Notes: generated by a model from the letters alone, not told the origin. Shown: positions 51,971 through 61,957, counted from the first letter of the stretch. The stretch: DNA of 64,000 nt from Acidobacteriota bacterium (GCA_965205505.1 CBDBHB010000009.1:2656001-2720000), one strand, 5' to 3'. Program-made: numbers and translations.

Positions 51971-52018
51971 GGATCAGCAGGGCGCCCGAACGCGGGGCGC
52001 TGCGACCAGCGAGCTGCC

Positions 52019-52414
52019 ATGAGCGATCAGATTCATCGCGACCTGAGCCGACGAGAGCGCCAGATCATGGACATCCTTTACGAACACGGCGCCTCGAGCG
52101 CTGCCGATGTTCGCGGTCTGATGCCCGCCCCGCCTAGTTACTCGGCCGTTCGCGCCATGCTGCGGGTGTTGGAAGACAAGGGTCATATCGGACACCAACA
52201 AGATGGACCACGTTATGTTTATCGGCCGCTGGTGGCTCGCGAGGAAGCGCGACGCAGCGCCTTACAGCATCTGGTACGGACGTTCTTCGATGGCTCGCGC
52301 GAGGCCGTTGTTGCAGCGCTGCTGAGCGAGGGCAGCGGCGACCTCGACGAGCAGGATCTCGACCGGCTCTCGAAGCTGGTCGAGCTGGCGCGCCACCAGG
52401 AAGCGCAGTCATGA
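52019..52414 (+). CDS. BlaI/MecI/CopY family transcriptional repressor
   Basis: LSRRERQIMDILY, YSAVRAML..LE.KG, Y.Y.P, FFDGS. Confidence 0.92.
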   Translation: MSDQIHRDLSRRERQIMDILYEHGASSAADVRGLMPAPPSYSAVRAMLRVLEDKGHIGHQQDGPRYVYRPLVAREEARRSALQHLVRTFFDGSREAVVAALLSEGSGDLDEQDLDRLSKLVELARHQEAQS

Positions 52415-52613
52415 GCGGCCTGCTGGGGCGGGCCACGGCCGCCTGGTCGACGCGCTCGCCGACGAGGGCACGGAGGTGCGCCGTCAGGCCGCCTGGGCTC
52501 TGGAAATGATCGAGTCGGACGAGGCGTTGGAGGCCCTGCTCGACGCCATGAAGGACACGGATCGCGACGTACAGCGGCAGGCGATGCGGGCGATCGCCCG
52601 GATTACCGGGTAG
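52411..52613 (+). pseudogene. Remnant of a BlaI partner gene (start plus C-terminal HEAT repeats)
   Basis: ATG overlaps BlaI stop; out-of-frame segment LVDALADEGTEVRRQAAWAL...DVQRQAMRAIARITG ends TAG 52613. Confidence 0.6.
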
Positions 52614-52721
52614 GGGACGAGGTCGGCCCTGCCTCGTTTGGCGACGCCGTACCCAGACCCATCAGAGTCCTTCAGCACCCTGCTATAAGCTAGCGGCGCC
52701 CGCTGACCAACCGGAGTCGCC

Positions 52722-53971
52722 GTGCCGGCTGAGCCGCTGATCACCAACGACGCCGTAGTGCGTAGGCATCTTGCTTGTGATGCTGGCGTTTGTTTTCACC
52801 ACGTCACACAGCGGATCACGGTTTTGGCAGCGCTTCTACTCGGTCGTGCCGACGGTCCTCGTTTGCTACTTCCTGCCGTCGCTGTTCAGCACTCTGGGCA
52901 TCATTTCCGGCGAGGTCTCCAACCTCTACTTTGTCTCCTCGCGCTACCTGCTGCCCACCAGCCTCGTCTTACTGACCCTCAGCGTCGACGTGCGCGGCAT
53001 CGTCCGTCTCGGACCCAAGGCGCTGATCATGTTCTTCGCGGGTACGGTCGGCATCGTGCTCGGCGGCCCGCTGGCGATCCTGGTGGTGGGCGCGATCGAG
53101 CCAAGTATCGTCGGTGGTGCAGGACCGGATGCCGTGTGGCGTGGGCTTACCACTGTGGCGGGGAGCTGGATCGGCGGCGGCGCGAACCAGGCCGCGATGA
53201 AAGAGGTGTTCGAGGTAGGCGACGATCTGTTCTCCGCGATGATCGCGGTCGACGTGATCGTCGCCAACGTCTGGCTGGCGGTATTGCTCTTCATGGTCGG
53301 GCGTGCCTCCCGCATCGACGCCTTCATCGGCGCCGACACGTCGGCCATCGATGAGCTTCGTGCACGAGTGGAGCGCCAACAACGCGAGCACGCCCGCATC
53401 CCCAGCCTCACCGACCTGATACAGATCTTGGCTGCGGGCTTCGGGGTAACCGCCGTGGCCCATTTCTTCGCCGATCAAATATCTTCCGCGATCGAACGGG
53501 CGGCGCCGAGCTTGGCAATCTACAACCTTACGTCACAGTTCTTTTGGCTTGTCGTGCTGTCAACGGTGATCGCCATCGGGCTCTCTACGACGAAGCTACG
53601 GCGGCTCGAGCATGCCGGCGCGTCGAAAATCGGCTCGGCGTGTCTGTACGTGCTGATTGCGTCGATCGGCATGCGCATGAACCTGATGGCAGTCTTCGAT
53701 AACCCCGGACTGTTCGTGGTCGGCAGCGTGTGGATGGCCATACACGCCGGCATCATGCTCGGGGTGGCCTGGTTGATTCGTGCGCCGGTGTTCTTCATGG
53801 CCGTGGGCAGCCAAGCGAACGTCGGCGGCGCGGCGTCGGCACCGATTGTGGCCTCGGCGGTGCATCCTGCGTTGGGCCCCGGTAGGCGCCCTGCTGGCGG
53901 TGCTTGGTTATGCCGTGGGCACGTACGGTGCATATATCTGCGGTCAGATCATGCGCCTGGCGGCGGGCTGA
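52722..53971 (+). pseudogene. DUF819-type membrane protein with two frameshifts (~52762, ~53875)
   Basis: PLITNDAVV start frame, SWIGGGAN, SQANVGG.ASAP, final frame PVGALLAVLGYAVGTY. Confidence 0.78.
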
Positions 53972-53974
53972 CGG

Positions 53975-55684
53975 TCAATCCGGCAGCGTTTCTCCGGGAC
54001 GCCATCCGGCCGCGTCGAGCTTCTGCAACATGCCCAGCACCTCCGCGCGCTGGGCGTGAAGCAGCAGCATGAGCAGATCACCCGGCCGCCCCCAGCGTAG
54101 CGCCGACTGCACCGCCTCGACCTCCGAGGCTGCCACCTCAATGCGATCCGATGGCGTACCGAGCTCCAGCAGACGCTGCTGGAGTCGCTCGACCACTTCA
54201 CCCTCGGCACGGCCGCGCAGGTAGCCCGGCATTTGCTTTAGAACGATGCGCTCCGGACGCGTGCGCCAGGTGACCTCGGCAAGTCGGTCGATCGAGAAAT
54301 TGTCACGATCCCCGGCCTGCCCGAGGATTACCAGGCGGCGCTTGACGGGCATCGCGGCCCCCATCTGCAGAACCAACTCCAAGCCCTCCGGATTGTGGGC
54401 GAAATCGGCATACGCCTTCAAGCCGCCGAACTCGAAGTAGTTGCCACGGCCCGGGTTCTGCTCAGCGTCGCTACGGAACTCCTTCAGGCCAGCGTCGATG
54501 GCGCTGGTGCTGAGGCCGACGGAGTCGGCGATCGCCGCAGCTGCGAGTGCGTTGTAGACGTTGTGACGTGCTGCGCCGCCGAGGGTGGCTGGCGCTGCGA
54601 TGGTCTCGAGCAGCGCTACGAAGCGACCGCCCTGCAACCGGCCGAGCACCCCATTCCGTTGGACGTACGCTACTGCGGAGCGTGTCGCCGCGCCCACCGG
54701 CGGCACCTCGGCGTCGAGCGTCAGCCAGGTGACCGGCACCCCGGCCGAGGCCGCGTGGCGTCGCAGGAGCGGATCGTCCGCGTTCAGAAGCAGTACCCCG
54801 TCCGGGCTGGCGGCTCGGGCCACTAGCAGCTTGACGTGCGCCAGAGCGTCCAGATCGATTACCCCGTATTCGCCCAGATGGTCGGTGCCGACGTTGCTAA
54901 CATATGCGACGTCTGCCCGCCCGAGAGGTAGTCCGCGGCGTAGAAGGCCGCCGCGCGCCGTCTCGATCAATGCCAGATCGACCCGCGTGTCGCGTAGCAG
55001 GGTTCGGGCACCCTCGCCGCCTGTGTAGTCGCCGCTGAGCATTGTCGTTCCGTCGATCTGCACACCGTCGGTCGACGTGTTGCCGCAGTGAATACCGGCT
55101 GCGGCAGCAATCGCGGCCAGCATCCGAACCGTCGTCGTTTTTCCGTTCGTTCCGGTGACCAGGGCCACCGGCACATCGTGCGCCTAGCCCCAGGTCACCG
55201 AATCGGGGGCCGGCAGGCGGTCTACCGGCCATGCCAGGGAGCCCGACCCGAGCCCGACCGAAGCGATCTCGTCGTCGCAAAGGAATGCGAGGCTATGCTC
55301 AGCCGCCGCCGCGGCCAGCGACAGCAGCGCCGGGTTGGCTTCGGCGTCGACCAGTTCCTGAAGCTGCGGCAGGCCATGGCTTGCCGGCGGTTCCGCGCCA
55401 AACGATGCTACCGCCGTCGCCCAGGCAGCCTCGTTGATCTCGCAGGCGGCGTAGAGTCCGTCGATGGGCGCGCTGATCGCCAAGCTGGCGCCTCGGTCGT
55501 AGCGGCGTAGGGCGGTTCGCTCTTTGCCCCACCCAACCGCGGCGAGGAGTCGCTGCGCCTGTCGACGCCAATCGTCAACGAGCTCTTCAGCGCAGTCTTC
55601 CGGAAGCTCCACCTCGATGACCGCCCCGGCTTCGTCCTGGACCAGGCTTGGCCCCGTGAGGCGGCGCGAATCGACCAGCCGCAT
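53975..55684 (-). pseudogene. CphA-related Mur-ligase-domain protein, with in-frame TAG at 55184-55186
   Basis: ORFs 55184-55684 and 53975-55174 are in frame (VTWG*AHDVPVALVTGTNGKTT); ETARGGLLRRG, NPGR, DFAHN, GDR. Confidence 0.78.
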
Positions 55685-55687
55685 GCT

Positions 55688-58479
55688 TCAGTCTGCCTCT
55701 TCGACCTCGCGTGCCAGCCGCACGCCGCGTTCGTCCCGGATGAGCCGTTCGTCACCGGTGAGCAAGCTCACGGGCACCTCCGGAAGATCAATCGGTACGG
55801 CTACCGGAGCGGTCGACGACTCGGACGCATCGGAAGGCTCGAAGTGGATGATCTGGTTCCAGCAACGGGACAAGTTGTCGGCGAAGACGAGCAGGAGATC
55901 GCCGGGGGCGGCGCTACGCAGGGCCGCATCGATGGATTCGACCTCATCAGGAATCACGCGTATGGCTTCGTCAGCGACTCCGGCCGATTTCAGCGTGTTG
56001 GCGAGTAGCTCGGGATCTCCTCGGGGCCACGTCCGCGTAGCCGATCGTCGCGCTTGCAGACGAACTCGTCGAAATGGGGCGCGGCGATCTGCGCGATTCG
56101 GCGGATGTCTTCGTCGCGACGATCCCCGGGTGCTGCCAGCACGCAGATTGCCTTGCCGTCGCGATCGAGGCGGCTCACCAGATCGCAGATGGCGCGCATC
56201 GCAGCCGGGTTGTGCCCGTAGTCGAGGATCACCTTGAACGGGTGCTCGTCGAAGATATTCATGCGCCCGGGAGCCTGGAAGAAGGTCGTATCGAACGTCT
56301 TCAAACCCTGCCTGATGTTGTCGATGCCGACGTGCAGGCAGTGGGCCAGCGCTGCCGCGAACATGGCGTTCTGCACGTTGTGCATCGCACGTCCGTTGAG
56401 GGTCGCGGGGATCAAGTAGGTCCACAACAGCGGGACGTGGGTCCCGCCATCGTAGAGCGCGATCATGTGCCCGTTCATGCCCTCTTCGAGCACTACGGTC
56501 TGGCCGCCGGCACGAATGTGCTCCTTAACCAGGGTGTGCTCGCGGCTCATAGTGACGTAGCAGATCTGCTCGGCTTCCGTGTAATCCGCCATCCGCAGAC
56601 AGTGGGGGTCGTCGGCATTCAACACCGCAGCGACTGCCGCTACCTCGATCGGGATTCGCTTGACCTCGGCCAGTTGCTCCAGGGTATCGATGCCACGCAT
56701 GCCGAGGTGGTCTTCCTCCACATTCAAGCAACACGCCACATCGCAGCGGCGATACCCCATGCCGGCGCGCAGTAGTCCACCGCGAGCCGTCTCGAGCACT
56801 GCCACGTCGATGGCAGGATCACGCAGCACCATGCGTGCCGCCATCGGTCCGGTCATGTCGCCCTTCACGCTGAGCTGGCCGTCGATGTATACGCCATCGG
56901 TCGACGTCAGCCCGACGCGGCTTCCGGATAACTTGAGGATATGCGCGAGCATGCGCGCCGTGGTGGTCTTGCCGTTGGTCCCGGTGATCGCCGCGATCGG
57001 CACACGGCTCGCGCTGCCCGCCGGAAACAACATGTCGATCACCGCGCCGGCGACGTCGCGTGGCTTACCCTCGCTGGGAGAAACGTGCATTCGAAAGCCG
57101 GGGGCCGCGTTGATCTCACAGATAGCCCCGCCAGACTCCTTGTACGACTTCGAGATGTCGTCGGTGAGGAAGTCAACGCCGGCCACGTCCAGACCGATGG
57201 CGCCGGCGGCACGCACCGCCATCTCGCGGTTGTCCGGATGCACGATATCGGTAACGTCGATCGCCGTGCCGCCGGTCGACAGGTTGGCCGTTGCACAGAG
57301 GTAGACGATCTCGTCGCCAGGCGGCACGCTCGTTCGGCGGTAGTTGCTCTGTGCCAGCAGGCGGTCAGACTGGTGGCTGAACTCGATGCGGGTCAAGACC
57401 TTCTCGTGACCGATACCTCTTCGCGAGTCTTCGTTTACCTTGTCGACGAGTTCCTCGATGGTGTGGACACCGTCACCGACTACGTGCGCGGGCATGCGCT
57501 TGGCGGCGGCCACCAGTTCCCCGTTGACCACTGCCAGGCGATGGTCGAGGCCGCTGATGAAACTCTCGACCAGCACGCTACGACTGTGCTGTTGTGCTTG
57601 TTCGACCGCGGCGGCCACCTGTCCGGCATCGCTCAAGTCGATCGAAACGCCTCGCCCATGGTTGGCGTTGTAGGGCTTCACGACTACCGGGTAGCCGATG
57701 TGCTCTGCGGCGCGCACGGCGGACTTCGATGAGCGCACCAGGTGCTGTTTCGGCACCGGCAAGCCGAGGCCCGAGAGGATCTTGTGGGTCTCTTCCTTGT
57801 CGGACGAGATCTCGACCGCGATGTGGCGGGTCTCGCTTGTGATGGTCGCCTGGATGCGCTTCTGGTGTCGTCCAAAACCGAACTGCACGAGGCTCTGGGT
57901 GTTGAGCCGGATCCAGGGAATGTCGCGTTCCTCCGCCGCCCGCACCAACGCGGCCGTGCTGGGCCCCAGGGCGCGCCTTTGCGCCCAGCGGATCAGCTGA
58001 TCGCGCTCCTCGGCGAAGTCGAAGTCGACGGGGACAGCACCCGGGGGCTGTAGCTCTTCGGGCAGCAAGCTGTGCAGCAGGGTGAGCGTCAGATCTCCCG
58101 CCGCGCGTCCGACGTCTTCTTGCTCGTACTGGTACACGACGCCGTAGACGCCGGGCTCGTTGTCGACGGCGCGGGTACGCCCGAAGGTCACGCGGCTGCC
58201 GGCGATGTTCTGGACCTCGAGGGCGCAATGCTCGAATATGTGGCCCATCCAAGTACCTTCGTCCTCGCGGAGCCGCCGCTCGAAGCCCCCGGCCTGGCGA
58301 TAGGAGCAGCCGTGGTCGGCGAGGCCGGGCAGGGCGCCGAGCAGCGCGTCGATGAACCCTTCCCCGAGCCGAGCGGTGGGCCATTGCTCGAGAGTGCCCA
58401 GATCGACCGTCATCTGGATCACCGGAAAGTGGGCGTAGAGGCTCGGACCCAGATAGACGCGCGAATCGAGGATTTTCAT
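55688..58479 (-). CDS. cphA: Cyanophycin synthetase (apparent frameshift at ~56013)
   Basis: HGCS...GGF..RL..EGTWMGH..EH, LGPST, ATP-grasp, EINAAPGFRMH, TGTNGKTT, ETARGG, DYGHN; C-terminus continues in the 55688 frame. Confidence 0.92.
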
Positions 58480-59309
58480 CGGCTCTGTGTCTCCCTTGGC
58501 GGAAGCGGGCTTCGAGTCTGTATGTCGTACGTGCAGCCGTGCAACAGGATGTGCAGGCGTAGACCGAGCAGGCAGACCGGATCGCCGGCTCGCTCTCCCA
58601 CCGATGAGTGCTCGAGATCGGAGCCGTCGACCAGAGTGCACGATCCGGTACCAACGATCTCCATGGTCCGGTCCGGCGCGATGAAGGCGGCGGTGTTCTC
58701 GTCGAGTCCCATGCCGACGATGGAGGGGTTGTAAGCCAGTACGGTTAGCAAGCGACCGAGTCGGTCGCGCTCGCGGAAGTGTTGATCGATGGTGAAGTCG
58801 CGGGTGAGGCCGATTCCCGGAGCGAACGCCACCATGTGGGTGCGGGGTGAGGCGCCCTTCTCACCGAAAGCGATCATGTGCTCGGAAAGATAGCTCGCGC
58901 CCGCCGAGGTGCCGGCGATGTGGACGCCGCGGTTCGATGCTGATGTCAACGCGCGAGCTACTGGTGTCCCACCGAGCGTTCGACTCAATCGTAGCTGCGA
59001 GCCGCCGGTGAGAAAGATGCCTGTTGCCTCGGCGATGACGCGTAGCCAATCGGCGCGGTTGCAGTCGGCGCGATCGGCGAACGGCAGCGAGGTAGCGTTA
59101 GCGGCGCCGATCTCGGTAAAGACCCGCTCGTACCGCGGCCCCGTCGTGCGCATCTTGGATGCCGTCGGCACCACGACGATACGCGCGTCGCGCCCGCCGC
59201 ACAGCTCTACGAAGCGACTCAGGATTAACGGGTCTCGTGCCTTCTTCTCGGCGCCGCCGATCGGGATCAGATAGCCGCCTGTCGGCTCTTCGGACGAAGT
59301 GCTCAGCAT
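58476..59309 (-). CDS. cphB: Cyanophycinase
   Basis: IGGAE.K, FLTGG.Q, GTSAG, IDQHF..R.R.GRL, GLDENTA; ATGA overlap with cphA. Confidence 0.92.
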   Translation of the reverse strand: MLSTSSEEPTGGYLIPIGGAEKKARDPLILSRFVELCGGRDARIVVVPTASKMRTTGPRYERVFTEIGAANATSLPFADRADCNRADWLRVIAEATGIFLTGGSQLRLSRTLGGTPVARALTSASNRGVHIAGTSAGASYLSEHMIAFGEKGASPRTHMVAFAPGIGLTRDFTIDQHFRERDRLGRLLTVLAYNPSIVGMGLDENTAAFIAPDRTMEIVGTGSCTLVDGSDLEHSSVGERAGDPVCLLGLRLHILLHGCTYDIQTRSPLPPRETQSR

Positions 59310-59358
59310 GGCGCGAGATTCTGCCACGCCCTGCCGAGGCTGTAGAGTCGACTCGCCG

Positions 59359-59637
59359 CTAGCATGCCGTGGTGAAAGTGTGGTGGGTCTGGCGACAGGG
59401 TCTTGCGAAGTGGAGGCAAGGAGAGAGGAGGAGGCGATGGTTACCCCATCGTTGACAAGGAACGACGCAGCATACGCGCGCAACCCCCTGTTGCCCGAAG
59501 GGTTACGGCGATTTGGGGCCATCTGCGGCGTTGGCCTTCCTCGACGATGGCTAGGGCATCGCCAGTGTCAGGCCGCCTTGCATCTGGCCCCAACTCGCCG
59601 TAACCAGACCCACCACACTTTCACCACGGCCTGCTGG
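59359..59637. mobile_element. 279-bp MITE-like element, class-3 ends
   Basis: 34-bp TIR with 2 mismatches; near-identical to 29906-30184; right terminus CTGG. Confidence 0.88.
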
Positions 59638-59644
59638 AGTTGAC

Positions 59645-60340
59645 TCAGACGACGGCGACCTGCTCGTCAACGACCATGCCGTCGAACAGGTGGATGGTGC
59701 GTTGGGCGTGCTCGGACCACCTGGGGTCGTGGGTGACCATGCAGATCGTGGCACCACCCTGATGGAGCTCGGCCATCAGATCCATGACGGCGGCGGCATT
59801 GCCAGAGTCGAGGTTGCCGGTGGGCTCATCGGCCAGCAGAATGGAAGGGTCACCAACGACGGCGCGAGCCACGGCGACGCGCTGTTGTTGACCACCGGAA
59901 AGCTGGCTGGGCATGTGCTTGGCACGATGCGTCATGCCGACCCGATCGAGCGAGGCGTTGGTGCGTTCGCGACGCTCCGAAGAGGCCATGCCACGGTAGG
60001 TGAGCGGTAGCTCGACGTTCTCGTACACGTTGAGGTCGCCGATGAGGTTGAAGCTCTGGAAAATAAATCCGATCTCACGGTTGCGCACTCGGGCGCGCTC
60101 GGAAGCGGTGAGGTTGGAGGCGTCGTTGGCGTTGAGCAGGTAGTTGCCACCAGTGGGCGTGTCGAGCAACCCGAGGATGGAAAGCAGCGTCGTCTTGCCA
60201 GAGCCGGATGGGCCGGCGATCGACACGAACTCGCCAGGTGCGATGTCGAACGTGACCTCCGACAACGCGTGCGTCTCAACTTCCTCGGTCACGAAGACCT
60301 TGGTGATCTCGTCCATCTTGATCAGCGGCTCACCAGACAT
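59645..60340 (-). CDS. ABC transporter ATP-binding protein (LolD/MacB type)
   Basis: GPSGSGKT, GFIFQSFNL, LSGGQQQRVA, LADEPTGNLD, VTHD. Confidence 0.93.
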   Translation of the reverse strand: MSGEPLIKMDEITKVFVTEEVETHALSEVTFDIAPGEFVSIAGPSGSGKTTLLSILGLLDTPTGGNYLLNANDASNLTASERARVRNREIGFIFQSFNLIGDLNVYENVELPLTYRGMASSERRERTNASLDRVGMTHRAKHMPSQLSGGQQQRVAVARAVVGDPSILLADEPTGNLDSGNAAAVMDLMAELHQGGATICMVTHDPRWSEHAQRTIHLFDGMVVDEQVAVV

Positions 60341-60416
60341 CGGACGCTCCTTCACACGGGGTGGCGGGTGTCCGGAGCCGCGAAGGCGAGACAGGACACC
60401 CGAAAGCCTCGTTGAA

Positions 60417-60445
60417 TTAGACGCACGCGAGGTGCAGAAGGTTCC
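60417..60445 (-). promoter_or_regulatory. Putative ECF sigma factor promoter
   Basis: Minus strand GGAACC-N17-GTCTAA upstream of the ABC ATPase gene. Confidence 0.5.
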
Positions 60446-60461
60446 GCAGATTTAGCGAGAA

Positions 60462-61025
60462 TCAGTCCTCGACGACCTTCGTGCCAGCCAGCTTGTCTCC
60501 CAGGCGCCGTCCTTCCGCGTCCGTGAACAGGAGAACCAACTCGATCACGGTCAATGCCAATGCCGCGAGTAGAACGAACGGTACGAGCACCATTCCGATG
60601 ATTGTGAAGACCAACAGCGGCACCAGTGGCCCCAGCGCGAACATCCAGTTGCGCTTGAGCGATGTCGTAACGTCAAGCGGGGCTCCGTCTACCGACTGCA
60701 GGTGGAGCTTCATGACGTGCTTGCCGACCGAACGATGGTTCATGAAATCGAATTCCATGCCGTCTCGAAGCACCATGTACGCGGCGGCGATCAATGCCCC
60801 GATCCCTGGTATGAAATTGATGACGAACGCGATAGCGCCATCGATCAGCATGGCGACGATACGCTTGCCGAGATCCGCCTTGGCGCCGGGAGCGGCATCG
60901 GGGCCCGTCGATGCTGGCGGATCGGGCTGTGCGACGGGCTCCCGGACGTCGGAAGCGGCGGCGTCACCCGTCGAGGCTGGCGGATCAGATTGCGCTGCGG
61001 GCTCCTGAACGTCGGAATCGGTCAT
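60462..61025 (-). CDS. RDD family membrane protein
   Basis: KRIVAMLID, RD, SVGK, KRN, RRLGDKLAGTKVV; N-terminal 21-aa imperfect duplication (60904-61017). Confidence 0.85.
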   Translation of the reverse strand: MTDSDVQEPAAQSDPPASTGDAAASDVREPVAQPDPPASTGPDAAPGAKADLGKRIVAMLIDGAIAFVINFIPGIGALIAAAYMVLRDGMEFDFMNHRSVGKHVMKLHLQSVDGAPLDVTTSLKRNWMFALGPLVPLLVFTIIGMVLVPFVLLAALALTVIELVLLFTDAEGRRLGDKLAGTKVVED

Positions 61026-61363
61026 CGAGCTACCTCCGGCGAATTTCGTACAGAAACGATGCTGTGTACCCCTACGTACGCCATTCTCCCGCGCATATCA
61101 ACCGATCATCCCCATCGGTCGGCCGGGGCACTGGTCCGGAACCTCGGTATCGGGCCCCGGCGCCGGTCCCAGCCGCCGCGGGGCTTCGTCGCCTCAGCCC
61201 GTTGGTTGCCGCTCCTGTCCACGCGCTTGAGCAGCACCATGCGGTTCGTCTGGTCGCCGCCGCCGGCGCGACCCAACATGGGCGCAAGCGGCAACCACGC
61301 CGAACACCAGCAGCACCCGTCTCACGCCCAGTAGCAATCGCGACGCCGTCCAGGAGAGCGACA

Positions 61364-61957
61364 ATGAGAGATCACGCCAGGCACATGGTTTCGGCGGCTG
61401 CGCTCGTCGCCATCACGGCAGCGGCAGGTTGCGCGCCGGGGCGCTCGATTGTCCGTGGCAGCTGGCCGGACGGGCGAATCGAAGGTCCGGCGATGAGTCG
61501 GCCCGCGCCCGTCGCGATTGCCTACGTGCGTCCCGAGCTCGCAATCGAGACCGATGACTGGCTGCCCGCGGAGACTACGTACGACGGGTTGAGCGCCGCC
61601 GAGCTCAACGGCATGGGTGTTTTGCAGCCAATTTACTTTGCCCTCGATCGGGCCGATATTGATGCCGACCAGATGGCAGCGCTCGACGCCAACATCGAGT
61701 GGCTAGCCCAGGTTCCCGACGCCGCCATCGTTATCGAGGGTCACGCCGATGAGCGCGGCTCGCGCACCTATAACCTGGCCCTCGGGCAACGCCGCGCCGA
61801 GGTGGCACGTGACTACCTGGTCTCGCGCGGCATCGCCGCATCTCGGATCGAAGTGGTGTCGTATGGGGAGGAGCTTCCTGCCAACCCGGAGCACAACAAC
61901 GCTGCCTGGGACTCCAACCGGCGCGACGAGTTCGTGATTACCGCGAGAGGTCGCTAG
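61364..61957 (+). CDS. OmpA/Pal-family peptidoglycan-binding lipoprotein
   Basis: SD AGGAG, lipobox AAGC, IYF.LD, IEGHADERG...YNLALGQRRA, VSYGEE.P, NRR. Confidence 0.88.
   Translation: MRDHARHMVSAAALVAITAAAGCAPGRSIVRGSWPDGRIEGPAMSRPAPVAIAYVRPELAIETDDWLPAETTYDGLSAAELNGMGVLQPIYFALDRADIDADQMAALDANIEWLAQVPDAAIVIEGHADERGSRTYNLALGQRRAEVARDYLVSRGIAASRIEVVSYGEELPANPEHNNAAWDSNRRDEFVITARGR

Noticed and set aside
3072-55186. Genome-wide TAG reassignment or pyrrolysine decoding
   Set aside because: Many conserved genes (rpoN, ptsI, tdk, uvrA, aroC, tsaE) end at TAG at expected lengths, and no pyl genes are in the window
58476-59522. Long N-terminal extensions from the ORF track (cphB to 59522, DUF1844 to 30810, ptsI from 9845, uvrA from 37323, aroC to 44186, Pal-like from 60911)
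   Set aside because: They run through repeats, promoters or neighbouring genes; family motifs begin at downstream starts
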